A stretch of 44,548 bases of DNA from Octopus bimaculoides (taxonomy: Eukaryota), in assembly GCF_001194135.2 (NCBI RefSeq), contig NC_068987.1, forward strand, positions 53,705,758-53,750,305. The letters are read 5' to 3'. The position numbers and the translations under genes were made by a program. The notes under the pieces were generated by a model. That model was not told where the DNA came from. It did no database searches and worked only from the letters and a program-made list of their open reading frames with translations. Numbering within the stretch: the first letter of the stretch is position 1; the number at the start of each line of letters is the position of its first letter. Of this stretch, positions 22,362 through 34,530 are shown one piece after another.

Positions 22362-22839
22362 GGGAGGGAGGAGAAAGAATGAAAGAAAGAAGGATGGAAG
22401 GAAGGAAGGGAGGAAAGAGGGAAAGAATGTAGGAAGGAAGGAAGGAAGGAAAGAAGCAAGGAAAGAAAGAAGCAAGGAAAGAAAGAAGCAAGGAAAGAAA
22501 GAGGGAGAAAGTAAGAAAAAGGAAAGAAAGAAGGAAGGAATGAAGACATAGACTAAAAGAGGTTAACTATTACACAGGGTGAGACAGAATATATGTAAGC
22601 AAGAAAAACAGAGAATGAGAAAAAGGAGCGAATTGATTGAAAACTGCAGTTTTTTTTAGTAAAAACCCGTGCAAAACAACTTTTCCTCGATTCCTCGCTT
22701 TACGCGGGAGCTCTGGGCAAAAAATTATAGTGCATGACCATCCTTGGCACATAAGGAATGTGTTTGTAAAGTTTGGTGAAAATCGGTTAAGTGCTGTAGA
22801 AATGCATACATATACACCCACAGACATCCTTTGTTTTAT
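21946..22839 (-). mobile_element. Non-autonomous Helitron with internal purine microsatellite
   Basis: Minus-strand 3' end CCCGAGcaacgCCGGG-tatccctg-CTAG|T (hairpin 21958-21973, CTAG 21946-21949). Minus-strand 5' region ATAAAACAAAGGATGTCTGTGGG runs into a (TA)n-bounded gap, where the TC start is expected. Confidence 0.75.
22056..22550. repeat. (GAAA)n/(GGAA)n imperfect polypurine tract, ~500 bp
   Basis: Seen directly; nearly pyrimidine-free on the plus strand. Confidence 0.97.
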
Positions 22840-23274
22840 NNNNNNNNNNNNNNNNNNNNNNNNNNNNNNNNNNNNNNNNNNNNNNNNNNNNNNNNNNNNN
22901 NNNNNNNNNNNNNNNNNNNNNNNNNNNNNNNNNNNNNNNNNNNNNNNNNNNNNNNNNNNNNNNNNNNNNNNNNNNNNNNNNNNNNNNNNNNNNNNNNNNN
23001 NNNNNNNNNNNNNNNNNNNNNNNNNNNNNNNNNNNNNNNNNNNNNNNNNNNNNNNNNNNNNNNNNNNNNNNNNNNNNNNNNNNNNNNNNNNNNNNNNNNN
23101 NNNNNNNNNNNNNNNNNNNNNNNNNNNNNNNNNNNNNNNNNNNNNNNNNNNNNNNNNNNNNNNNNNNNNNNNNNNNNNNNNNNNNNNNNNNNNNNNNNNN
23201 NNNNNNNNNNNNNNNNNNNNNNNNNNNNNNNNNNNNNNNNNNNTATATATATATATATATATATCGTTATTTAA

Positions 23275-23410
23275 GGCAGCAAACTTACAGAATCATTAGC
23301 ACGCCGGGCAAATAGAGATATTTCGTTCAACTTTACGTTCTGAGTTCAAATTCCGCCAATGTTAACTTTGACTTTCATCCTTACAGAGACGACAAAATGA
23401 ATACCGGTTA
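23275..23410 (+). mobile_element. tRNA-derived SINE, 3'-truncated
   Basis: A-box-like tacagaatcattagc (23286-23300), B-box gagttcaaattcc (23342-23354), then core ctttcatcc...gacaaaatgaataccggtt. Confidence 0.85.
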
Positions 23411-23973
23411 AAATTGAAACCATTATATTATAAGGTTATTTATGAAGTCGAAGATACATTGCAGACAAAGTTATCTGATAGTATTTATAAAATAAGCTTT
23501 GGTAAACGATCTCTGCTCGTAGTAAGAGATTGAAATCCGATTTAAAGATAATACAGTCAAAGATAAAATTATATTACCGTTAAAAAGATATTGCATAAAT
23601 GCACAACTTACTGTTTTAATAGCTTAAGAATGTTTCATTCGTGAGTAATGACAGTATTTAATTGTCCTAAGATTGTATTTAATTGTCTTCAAGTTGGATA
23701 CGAGTTCACATGCAGTTAACATACAAAGGACCGCATTAAAAAGTGGTCAACCTGTATTAAAATACCCAAATGTATGGTGAATTTGCAACGTTTTGAGATC
23801 TTTTTGTGGGTGTATGTTTTTGTACAGTCTCATTTTCGGCTATTCAATATTATGATATATACTTATATCTTGGGTATGAAAATACCTAATGTATAATGAT
23901 AGTATATGTGTATGTGCGTTTGTATGTGTGTTCATGCGTTAATGTGTGTGTGTGCATGTTTGCGTGCTTGTGC

Positions 23974-24022
<49 letters not shown>

Positions 24023-24149
24023 GAGATAAAGAGTCTCATAGACAGAAAGACAGATAAGAAAATACTTTTAGTCGTAAAGTTTTGGTTTTATTCCGATGTA
24101 TCACTTCTATTGTGCTAAATTGGTTTTGTTTTCTTTTTTTTGTTTTAGA

Positions 24150-24640
24150 TTCCGTCCTTATTCTATAAAAATATGGATGAACGACAGGTAAAACTAATTA
24201 GTTAGAGAAATTTTGAAGTGAATTCGTTCATAAATTACTGGCTTTTATCACAATGGACTGCTTCTATTTCCTTCACTTTCATTTTAGACGTGGCATTTCT
24301 AGATATAATGTTGAAAATATGCTTTGCTTTCGATAAATGGCAACTAAAAATAATTTACTTGAAGAAATCTTGAACTTAAAAATTGAAATATCATTGCATA
24401 AACTACATTTAAGTAAGGTGACAGAATAACTGCTGAAAAGTTTCAGAAACCACCGAGACCTATCAGGCGTTTCAAATGTCAAGATACTTCTTGTAAAAGG
24501 AGAGATCATTTCAAGTAGGGTCTACACATTTCAGAGAAATGTAATTCTAATAGATTTCAACACAGTTCATTTCCTTTCGCTATTATTTTCTGCTAAATAT
24601 GGCCTCTGGTTTTTGAGAGTTTGCCAATTTAAGGAAAAGA
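24150..24640 (+). mobile_element. Old PLE RT remnant (catalytic motif to thumb)
   Basis: PSLFYKNMDE (about LYKRYIDD), TGKTN*LEKF, ASISFTFILDVAFLDIMLKI and LLVKGEII appear in PLE order; the catalytic-to-FLD spacing of ~110 nt fits. Confidence 0.55.
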
Positions 24641-26415
24641 TAACATCCGTGAGGGTAAGATAATAAATCTCACATACTTTATTACGTCTCTACTTAATTT
24701 CGTTTTGCCACTTCTCTTCGCTTTTGCAGTTGAATGTCAGCATAATGTCAAAACTGCAACAACATTGTGGAGTAAAGCAATTTCACTAGTTTAACTACAA
24801 AAGTAATTCTATTATCATATCGTTCACATTGATAGTAATCGAAACACATATGCACACCCCAGCGCAGACATACACGTGTTTCTTTGTGAACTTTGCAAAG
24901 TCACCATATGTGGCAGCAATTCTTCTTCTAGATTAAATGAGCGGGCTGGGCAATATATAGACCATCACTTCAATGAGACCTTTTCACTTGCTATTTACTG
25001 TTATTAGTTGCAAAAATAATCAAATTGAAGAAGCTAAGAAATGCGTATTTCTAATCATTTTTATATTTACGAGTATGAATACAAACCGATAGGTCAGTCA
25101 ATACAATAGAATCTAAATTGAATTCCTTTCTTTTCATTATTCATGTTCTTTTGTTTGTTTGTTTGTTTTCTTTTTTCTTCAACAAAAGATTAGAATTTCA
25201 GAGGCACTTTTGTCTGGCATTTGATGAGTGCGATATAGAAAATCTGATAGACTAATTGCAAAGTGCTTCAATTTTATAAGGGAATTGAATTACGTATTGG
25301 CATTCAAGCATTTGCAACAAACCGAAACAATATTTTATACCTGGCTCGGAAGAACATTTCTGTTGCTGTGCCCACCTCACTGTTGCTACCCAACCATATT
25401 GTCAATGGCAAAATTATTAGAGTCTCTTGATATAAATATTTACATCCATTTACGTCTTCAGATCAAATTCTGTGGGCATCGAATTCCTTAATTCTTCTCA
25501 CCAAATCCGTAGAAGCAAGTAACAGTCATGTACTGAGGCCCGCGAATGCACTTAAAATCTCTTGCAGATAATGTTTGGTCTTGTTCTAAAAACAGAAATC
25601 ATTATATATGGAAAAATAAAAATGACTTGTTTCATGTATATGTGCATGAAGATAGATGTGATTCTAGGTGGTGCATGAGTGCGTTTATGGAAGTTTTAAA
25701 CATAGAGAATGTACAGACTATATGTATTTCTATATTTGTTTTTTCTTATATATTTGCTTACATTGAACTTTTCATTAACTTTATCCTACTCTTTTTAGCA
25801 CTCTGGTCTTTAGTGTTAGTTTGTTATTGATATTTCATGCGCTTTCAATTATAACATTATTAGGTTTGTCTCAACAAAAACATTTATATTTCAAATCTAT
25901 CCTCATACGTCTAAGACTTCAGTTTTAAAAATCATATCATATTCTGTATTAGATATAGGATATACGAGCTCAAGCATACCTTTGGGTTTAAGAAAGTTGC
26001 TTCACTGATGCATGGTTCTGCTATGTGTCATTACACGATACTTTCGGCAACTGTCTTCTCCCTTAGTTTCGCGGCAGTTAATGCCTTGTGAATGAAATTT
26101 GTTTGACACACGGAGTACCGATGCAGACTATTTGTACGAATGCATATATGGTTGTATCGTTTATTGAAATTCAGCACGAGGTGTACAAACTGAGTGTCAA
26201 TAAATCAAACATTGGGAACTTGCCTTAAGAAGTTGGCTGAATGAGACGTGGCTCTTCATCAGATCATGAGCCATATCTCATCATTTACTAAAATGAAGTC
26301 AATGTCTCCTTTATTTTACTAAGACCAAGTAAATGTTTCATCATTTACATAGACTGAGAGACAGACGGACAGATAGAAAGACAAATAGCGTGACATACGA
26401 CAGCAGATAGACGGG

Positions 26416-26467
<52 letters not shown>

Positions 26468-26536
26468 AAGGCAGACAGGCAGATAGACAGACAGACAGAC
26501 AGACAAAAAGACAGACAGAGAGACAGACAGAAAGAC

Positions 26537-26610
<74 letters not shown>
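26416..26610. repeat. (AGAT)n/(AGAC)n microsatellite
   Basis: Seen directly. Confidence 0.97.
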
Positions 26611-26776
26611 GTGTGACAGTGAGTGTTCATGTGTGGTTAATTGTGAATAGATTTCAGAGTGCCGAAAAAAATCGGTGCGTCAAAGAAAAGCATACTGTAA
26701 TATTTAATTCCACTTGAGTTACGTTGCTTTACACCAATTTCGACTCCATCGCTTAAGATTAGACATATTTATATTA

Positions 26777-26992
26777 TTGGTTTCAAATTTTGGCACAACG
26801 CCAGTGATTTCGAAGGTGGGGGTGAGACGATTACATCGAACCCAGTGCTCAACTGGTAGGTATTTTATCGACCCCTCAATGATGAAAGGCAAAGTTGACC
26901 TCGGCAGCACTTGGACTCAGAACGTAACGCCGGACGAAATGCAGCTAAGCATTTTGCCCGGCACGGTAAAGATTCTGACAGCTCACCGCCTT
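26777..26992 (-). mobile_element. Near full-length tRNA-derived SINE (Octopus-type)
   Basis: Minus strand: ggcggtgagctgtcagaatc (A box region), gagtccaagtgc (B box), core gcctttcatcattgaggggtcgataaaatacctaccagttgagcactgggttcgatgtaatcg, then a 3' tail. Matches four other copies in the window. Confidence 0.9.
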
Positions 26993-27587
26993 CAGACATG
27001 TTTATATTATTGCCATAATCTGTGAGGTGATTAGTGGAGACATAACGACTTGAATATTTTGAAGAATCTGTAAAATAACACAACTTGATAAATGCCAATT
27101 TATTCCTAGCAAGAGCTTGGAATGATATGATGTCAATTTTGCCAAGGAACGAGACATATGCAGGGTTCCTGCTGTAATTGATAGTCATACGGACTTATAC
27201 CTAAAGGGAAAATATCAACAGAGTTTGAATAATATTAATATCAGCTAAATTCAATGATGACAAGAGATATTAACGACTTTCTTCATATTTTATTGGATCA
27301 TTTTACCACCTTACAGAAATTACTGGAAACAAAGTGAAGTAAACGATTTGATTTTGTACAAGTACACATAGTAGTAGACGCACTACACGCTTTATATACC
27401 TAGCTGTGGGACATCCTTCGGTAAATATATGTCTCGCCAATTGACGTCTCAAAAGGTACCTCACTCAATATATATGGTTTCGCTTGGTTCGATTATAATG
27501 CATGTCCTTATTTTACTTGTACCTGGTTGCACACAGGTTTCATGACCACAGCTATGGGGCTAAAACACTTAAATGATTTAAAGAATT

Positions 27588-27676
27588 ATGTATGTATATA
27601 TGTATGTATGTATATATGTATGTATGTATATATGTATGTATATATGTATGTATGTATGTAGGTATGTATGTATGCA
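27588..27676. repeat. (TATG)n microsatellite
   Basis: Seen directly. Confidence 0.96.
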
Positions 27677-28560
27677 TGAATATTGTCAACCAATGAAATG
27701 CCTTCATGTGTCTGTGAGGCAATTAAAACCTTTCCATTTTCTTCTGTGTTATTCTTCATGTATACAGTCATCCAGGTTCTTGTTTCCAATGCATTCTTTG
27801 ACACACTTGCTCTCATCCATTTCAAGATGGTCTTTGAAAACAATTTGTGGCGAGTATTTTCCTATATTTGATACTCAATAACTGGTGTCATTGGACTTCA
27901 TCTTTTCTCCTTCTGCGTAATACAAAATGAATGCTTGCATGCCAGATAAAAACTCACACATAAAGCGGAGTCGCTATTTAGATGACTCCATATAAGCTAC
28001 ATAACCTCACTGCAAAATTTGCGTGAACATAATAAAACATTAGCAAGAATAAAAGCAGACATTATGCACGACTATGTATCATGTAGAACCACACAGAACG
28101 CGCTTGTAAGGTCTGTATTCTAGGAAAGATTATATAAAACACCTGAGTCAGCACAGTACTTGAAGAACCGCACACTGAAAAGAAAGAACACTACTACTTG
28201 CTATGGTGAGTTCAGACCACCGCCAGTCTCTACGCCTCTGATTTCAGTACTTTAATTTGGTGGTGTGCCTTTAACTATTAACTGCTGACAATCACTCATT
28301 GATTCATTTTCTAACAACTATCTTAGACCTTGTTTGCAGGCTTTTTTTTTATTTTTATCACCGCCACCATTTGGATTGATGCCTGACATTAAGGTTAAAT
28401 GCTTGTTTTGGATGGTTCCTAACTGTTATCCTCCATACAAGTAATGTATGCCATAGATTGTTTCTAATAGCCAAAAAAGCAAGGATAAATATTAATTTCT
28501 GCTTTAGGTCCATGCAATCTTGAATGGAGTGCAGTAGTCGACACACGTGGATATATTTTT

Positions 28561-28668
28561 ATATATACAGAAGTACATATAAAAATATATACACGCTTAC
28601 ACATAGTGAGTACATATATATATATACAGAAGTACATATAAAAATATATACACGCTTATACATAGTGA

Positions 28669-28678
<10 letters not shown>
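28561..28678. repeat. 59 bp tandem duplication
   Basis: 28561-28619 and 28620-28678 differ at 2 of 59 positions. Confidence 0.93.
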
Positions 28679-28700
<22 letters not shown>

Positions 28701-29069
28701 GTACATGATTGACAGACATACAGAGAAACAGCGACAGGGAGGCAATCAGACAGGCAGACACACACAAATAGAAGTGGCCTGCTATGTATGGCGATTTTCT
28801 AAATTTTAGCGCTATTTTCTTTTCTTTTTCTCTTGCTTCTCTTATTACATTCCATTCTCTTTGACAGCAGATATAAGTTGAAGTGTTAGATTCACTTCAT
28901 TTAGTTTCTTTCATTTCACTGGAGTTTTTTTGTATCTTACACAGTATTTAATTGTCATTACAGCATTTCGTTTACGCGTTTCAGACATATAGTTTGTTTG
29001 CTTACCATTATATATTTGTTTTGTTTCTCTTTCCTTATAATTCTACACGTTTTATCCATGTAATTGTTT

Positions 29070-29070
29070 A

Positions 29071-29101
<31 letters not shown>

Positions 29102-29149
29102 GCGTGCGCGTCTGTGTGTCTGCGTATCTGCTTGCGTATATGTATGCGC

Positions 29150-29183
<34 letters not shown>

Positions 29184-29238
29184 AAGTATATATATATATA
29201 TATGTATATATATAAATATATATATATTTATATATGTA

Positions 29239-29273
<35 letters not shown>

Positions 29274-29811
29274 GCAAACTACGGTACTGGGTGAACAGGT
29301 TCCTTTTATATTCCATCCTTTCCTGAAGAACCATTTGCTATCTCTATTATGAATTGAAAAAAACAACCCTGCCTCACATCAAACAAATCATATTAATGAA
29401 TATATGTATTGTATTCTCTGTGTGTGCGCATACGTGCGTGTGTCTTTCTGTGTGTCTCTGAAATTAACAGTCTCAATATATTAGAAGACCAAATGGCGCA
29501 ATACAACTTATGGATTCTCAATCATTATTAAACAGTATAACTACTTCTAAGAATTTTCGGTCAATCTATACATCCTATTTATTTTACAGCTCAATCAATT
29601 TTGCAAGACAATTATTTCTCGAAGTATCCTTTGTACAAAAAAAAACATATAATCTCAACACATTAAGCAAACATCTCCTCATTTTCTGATTTTTCTTTCT
29701 CCTTGATATAATATCTCCGCTGAGCTATATCGCTACAGTTCAATGTATCTATATCTCCTTTTATCTCTATTTCCATGTTCATGACTCTGCGATTTTATAC
29801 ATATAAATGTA

Positions 29812-29868
<57 letters not shown>

Positions 29869-30118
29869 GATAATAATAAGGATAAATAATTTGTACAAAT
29901 ATGTATCAGTCGATTAGTGTGTTTAAAGATTTAATCGCAAATCTATCTCCCGTTAATTGATAATATATATGTATATATATATGTGTGCGTATGCATGTAT
30001 ATATGTATATATGTATGGATATAAGCATATATATATATGTATATATATATGAACGTATGTATATAAATATACATATATATGTATTGTGTGCGTATGGGGA
30101 GGTCTGTGTGTGTGTGCG

Positions 30119-30152
<34 letters not shown>

Positions 30153-30485
30153 TGCTAACAATTTTATACGAGGAGATACTAAGGAGTTCAAGGCTTTGGT
30201 CGAAAGAACATACAGGAGGATCACTTAATTATGACTACATTCAACATATTCCACCCTCACATTCACATGCGTTCAGTTTTTCTAGGTGATGTAAAAGAAC
30301 TCGGAATGTTTATCCTCCAACCAGACTTTTCGCAAAAATATTCAAAATCAAGAACATTTCAGGACCCCCTCGTAGTCTTTATTTGAGAGCACTGACACAC
30401 ACACACACACACACACTCACACACACACACACACACACACACTCACTCACACACTCACAGACACACACACACACACACACTCACT

Positions 30486-30537
<52 letters not shown>

Positions 30538-30731
30538 GACACAAAGCATCTTGTGTGTAAATTTTATATACATTTTATGCATATACGCATGTGTGCATAC
30601 ACGAGTGTAAAGCAAGTTATATTACACTTCAGACAAAGGAGAATTGGGCAAAGTTGCATCTACAAACACACACACATACATATATATACATACGCATACA
30701 GTTATATAAGTGTCTATATATGTATTTGTAG

Positions 30732-30764
<33 letters not shown>

Positions 30765-31222
30765 TATGTAAATATATATATATACATAAATATGTATAAA
30801 TATATATACATATATATATAAATATGTATATATATATATGTGTGTGTGTGTATGTACATGTATATGTATGGTCGTGTATATATATATATAATGTATGTGG
30901 ATATATATAATAACATAGAAATGTGGAGTTGAAGGCGAAAACGCAGTTACTAATGTCCGTTCTATTTGATCCTTTACATGAAATAGCGTCTTAATGGTTG
31001 TATTTCTGATTGAAAAAGCTTCAGTGCCACACATCAAACAAGCCATAAACTGATCTAGAACTTTTTCCGTTCTCAATATACATTTTCCACCCGTTACTGT
31101 TTTACACATTCACCTTTTATCTATCTATATACCCGTTTTGTAATTTATACAGCCTCACATACACACTCACACACGCACACTTATGTATGTATGTATGTAT
31201 ATATATATATATATATATATAT
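29070..31222. repeat. Microsatellite field of (GT)n, (TA)n, (AC)n and (TATG)n blocks with short unique spacers
   Basis: Main blocks at 29070-29272, 29808-29862, 29960-30150, 30393-30540, 30665-30910 and 31160-31222. Confidence 0.9.
30169..30372. mobile_element. Mariner-derived MITE, 204 bp
   Basis: TA|cgaggagatactaaggagttc ... gaacatttcaggaccccctcg|TA: imperfect TIRs starting CGAGG with TA on both sides. Confidence 0.75.
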
Positions 31223-32065
31223 NNNNNNNNNNNNNNNNNNNNNNNNNNNNNNNNNNNNNNNNNNNNNNNNNNNNNNNNNNNNNNNNNNNNNNNNNNNNNN
31301 NNNNNNNNNNNNNNNNNNNNNNNNNNNNNNNNNNNNNNNNNNNNNNNNNNNNNNNNNNNNNNNNNNNNNNNNNNNNNNNNNNNNNNNNNNNNNNNNNNNN
31401 NNNNNNNNNNNNNNNNNNNNNNNNNNNNNNNNNNNNNNNNNNNNNNNNNNNNNNNNNNNNNNNNNNNNNNNNNNNNNNNNNNNNNNNNNNNNNNNNNNNN
31501 NNNNNNNNNNNNNNNNNNNNNNNNNNNNNNNNNNNNNNNNNNNNNNNNNNNNNNNNNNNNNNNNNNNNNNNNNNNNNNNNNNNNNNNNNNNNNNNNNNNN
31601 NNNNNNNNNNNNNNNNNNNNNNNNNNNNNNNNNNNNNNNNNNNNNNNNNNNNNNNNNNNNNNNNNNNNNNNNNNNNNNNNNNNNNNNNNNNNNNNNNNNN
31701 NNNNNNNNNNNNNNNNNNNNNNNNNNNNNNNNNNNNNNNNNNNNNNNNNNNNNNNNNNNNNNNNNNNNNNNNNNNNNNNNNNNNNNNNNNNNNNNNNNNN
31801 NNNNNNNNNNNNNNNNNNNNNNNNNNNNNNNNNNNNNNNNNNNNNNNNNNNNNNNNNNNNNNNNNNNNNNNNNNNNNNNNNNNNNNNNNNNNNNNNNNNN
31901 NNNNNNNNNNNNNNNNNNNNNNNNNNNNNNNNNNNNNNNNNNNNNNNNNNNNNNNNNNNNNNNNNNNNNNNNNNNNNNNNNNNNNNNNNNNNNNNNNNNN
32001 NNNNNNNNNNNNNNNNNNNNNNNNNNNNNNNNNNNNNTATATATTATACGGTTAGACAAACAGGG

Positions 32066-32066
32066 G

Positions 32067-32119
<53 letters not shown>

Positions 32120-32130
32120 GCAGGTAGATA
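32066..32130. repeat. (AGAT)n microsatellite
   Basis: Seen directly. Confidence 0.96.
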
Positions 32131-32948
32131 TGTATCTATGTCTGTGTCAGGCCCTTATTTTATGTGTATATGTTCACCGTCTGTTGTCCTACTTCCTATC
32201 TACGTGTCTGACTGTTAATCTATATACTTATCGTTGTATGTATTATATATGCATCCAACTTTTAGAGTACGCTCTTCCCTCCAAATCCGATTTATTCGTT
32301 AAAAGATTTATATAAATAGTTCTTAGTTACTGACTGAGATTTGCAACCACTCATTTTCTTAACTAATGTATTGCGATAATTCTTCAACATAACTTTGTCA
32401 AAAGAAAAATAAAGAATAGAAAATACCATGTTTCTGCCATATATAATTATACATAGTTGTAGTTATTGTTGTCGATAGTGTTATTATTGTTATTGTCGTT
32501 TCAATCCTTATATGGTATATTGTTCTGCAATGTACGTTTTTACTGTAAATGATGATAAATTATTATTGAGTTCTTCTGTAGGAGCGCATACATACATATA
32601 TCAGATTCAGGTGTGCATCGTTAACCAGCTTCGGGATATAACCTTTTGGGGTTAAAAAATCAAAGGAAAGCCCGTTCGAACGGAACAGCAATGTTGAAGT
32701 GGCTACAAACCTTACTTGCTAGTACAACTACTGCGTTCATCTCTTAGAGATATTTTAGAACTAGCTTTTTTACTTGTTGCAAGACCAGCGACTCTCTGTC
32801 GCTTGAATTTACATATAGTGCGAGCAGAAGCGAGCTGCCGCAATCTCTTGCAGACTCGGTTTTTGTTGTTTGTTGAAGAAGACTAAGCGGGATTTTTTTT
32901 TTTTTTTTTGTGAGTCATCATCATTGAGTGGTAGTGAATTATTGAAAA

Positions 32949-33290
32949 ATGAAGAGTTACTCAGAAGCTGCTGGAGGTCGAAATGCCATAGACCCAGGGG
33001 TGCTGAGGCCGGAGAAGATTGAGTGGAATGAAGAGAAGGTGTCAAACATAAAAATGACCTTGTCAGAGGAGGAAAAAAGAAAAATGGAAAGCAAGACAGT
33101 AATATTCAGAGCATTTTCGAATGATAAAAGAATAGAACATGCCCCGCAGGATGAGATAGAGGAAATGTTAGTGGTGAATATGCGTGAAAAGATAACGTTT
33201 TTTACAAGAGGAAGAAGTTATGGATCTATAGTAGTGACCTTTCTTTCAGAGGAGGGGGCAAAAGAATTGGGCAGGACGATGTTAATCTTA
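32949..33290 (+). mobile_element. N-terminal fragment of a LINE ORF1-like protein
   Basis: Stop-free MKSYSEAAGG...KITFFTRGRSYGSIVVTFLSEEGAKEL. The SY.EAA start and RRM-like V.F.SEE.A motif are typical of L1/Tx1-type ORF1. The frame runs out into a microsatellite. Confidence 0.5.
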
Positions 33291-33305
33291 CTAAGTGTTC
33301 TTCTA

Positions 33306-33456
33306 TTCATACACACATAAATACATACAGAAGCACATGCATATACATACATACAGACGTACATATACACGCATATGTACATATGGACAAACATACACAC
33401 ACTTGCGCGCGCACACATACATAAGCATACATACATACATACATACATACATACAT
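33306..33456. repeat. Compound (AC)/(CATA)n microsatellite, pure (CATA)n at 33426-33456
   Basis: Seen directly. Confidence 0.96.
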
Positions 33457-34530
33457 GTGTTGATCCCAACATTTGGGATATTTAATTGGTCTGTAGAGGA
33501 AATCCACTCCATAGATATCAAAACCAGCAAAATCCTGACAGCAGTTTGGAACTTCTGCAGAAACAATGATGTTGACAGGCTCTACCTGAGGAGAAATGAA
33601 GGTGGTAGAGACTTGAGGTGAATGCAGACGGCCTTCGAATGCCGTCTGATATCACACAGGCAGCCTCTGCTGAACAACAAACAGCAGCAAAAATAATATA
33701 TTACTGCAGTCCTGAAAAGTGAAGAGAGTAACATTCTACGAGCTGGCAGTGAACTGCTCAAGAAACATTATCTTCCTGATGATCTCCTATAAAACCCCAA
33801 AATAGCTGGGCTCTCTTATCTCAGAGAAGACCTGGATGGAAAGCACTCAGCATACAAAAATACGACCATGCATGGGTATGTTTCCCGGAAGCTTGAAGAA
33901 GACAGTATGACTGACACAAAGCGCAGCCTCTCTTGGACACAAGACCACTATATGACATCACGCATTGAAGGGTATGCGTTTGTAATCCAGGAACCTGGTG
34001 AACAAGAGAGACAATGTCGCTCTTGTAATCCCAAGGTGCAAACGCATGTGTAGGCTATGTCATGTTTCTGTGGAAGACATTACGCATGTGATTAGCGGCT
34101 ATCCTAAAATGTCGTCACGGTACTGCCTACCTATACAGCATGATGTTGCTAAAACAATTTACAATGCAATCCGCAAGAAAGACTGTCCTAAAAAAAACTT
34201 AGAAAATCCCTCTATTATGGAATACACACATAAACACCAACTCAAGGAACACTGATGGAATATTGCCATGAAAACTTCTGTCAAATGGATATTGATGTTT
34301 AGGACAGAGAGGCAATGGTATGCACCATCATAGAGGTTAGCTGTCCTGCAGATATAAATTTTGCTTTGAAAATCAAATAAAAAGAGGATATCTATGGACA
34401 ACTGCTTCGAAACATCCAGCTTCTATATCCAGACTATGAATTCAAATTCATACCAATAATAAATGTTAGTAAATGCTTACAGAAGAATCTGGATAAACTA
34501 GGATTTTCAGACAGAGAAATGGAGAAGTTC
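33457..34530 (+). mobile_element. R4/Dong-like RLE non-LTR retrotransposon, copy A (RT thumb, CCHC, PD-(D/E)xK nuclease)
   Basis: VLIPTFGIFNWSVEEIHSIDIKTSKILT...DVDRLYLRRNEGGRDL; MHG; IEGYAFVIQE; CRLCHVSVEDITHVISG; IIEVSCPADIN...KEDIYGQLL...FIPII. Confidence 0.88.

Noticed and set aside
22001-22551. Lys/Glu/Arg-rich and Phe/Ser/Leu-rich ORFs of 140-180 aa
   Set aside because: Translations of the (GAAA/GGAA)n tract. The same applies to all [12 protein letters not shown] and LSIY ORFs.
24149-24187. 39 nt micro-exon candidate (polypyrimidine-AG ... CAG|GTAAAA, frame IPSLFYKNMDERQ)
   Set aside because: Better explained as the decayed catalytic motif of the PLE RT, whose downstream motifs follow at the right spacing. 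Spliced reads would overturn this.
26236-26262. Minus-strand CTGATGA-A-GAG-ccacgt-CTC
   Set aside because: No GAAA follows (ATTCA) and there is no PLE context I can support.
278-32075. Long ORFs spanning N gaps (e.g. 278-1411, 337-1575, 10313-10877, 22637-23299, 31181-32075)
   Set aside because: They are open only because N codons are never stops.
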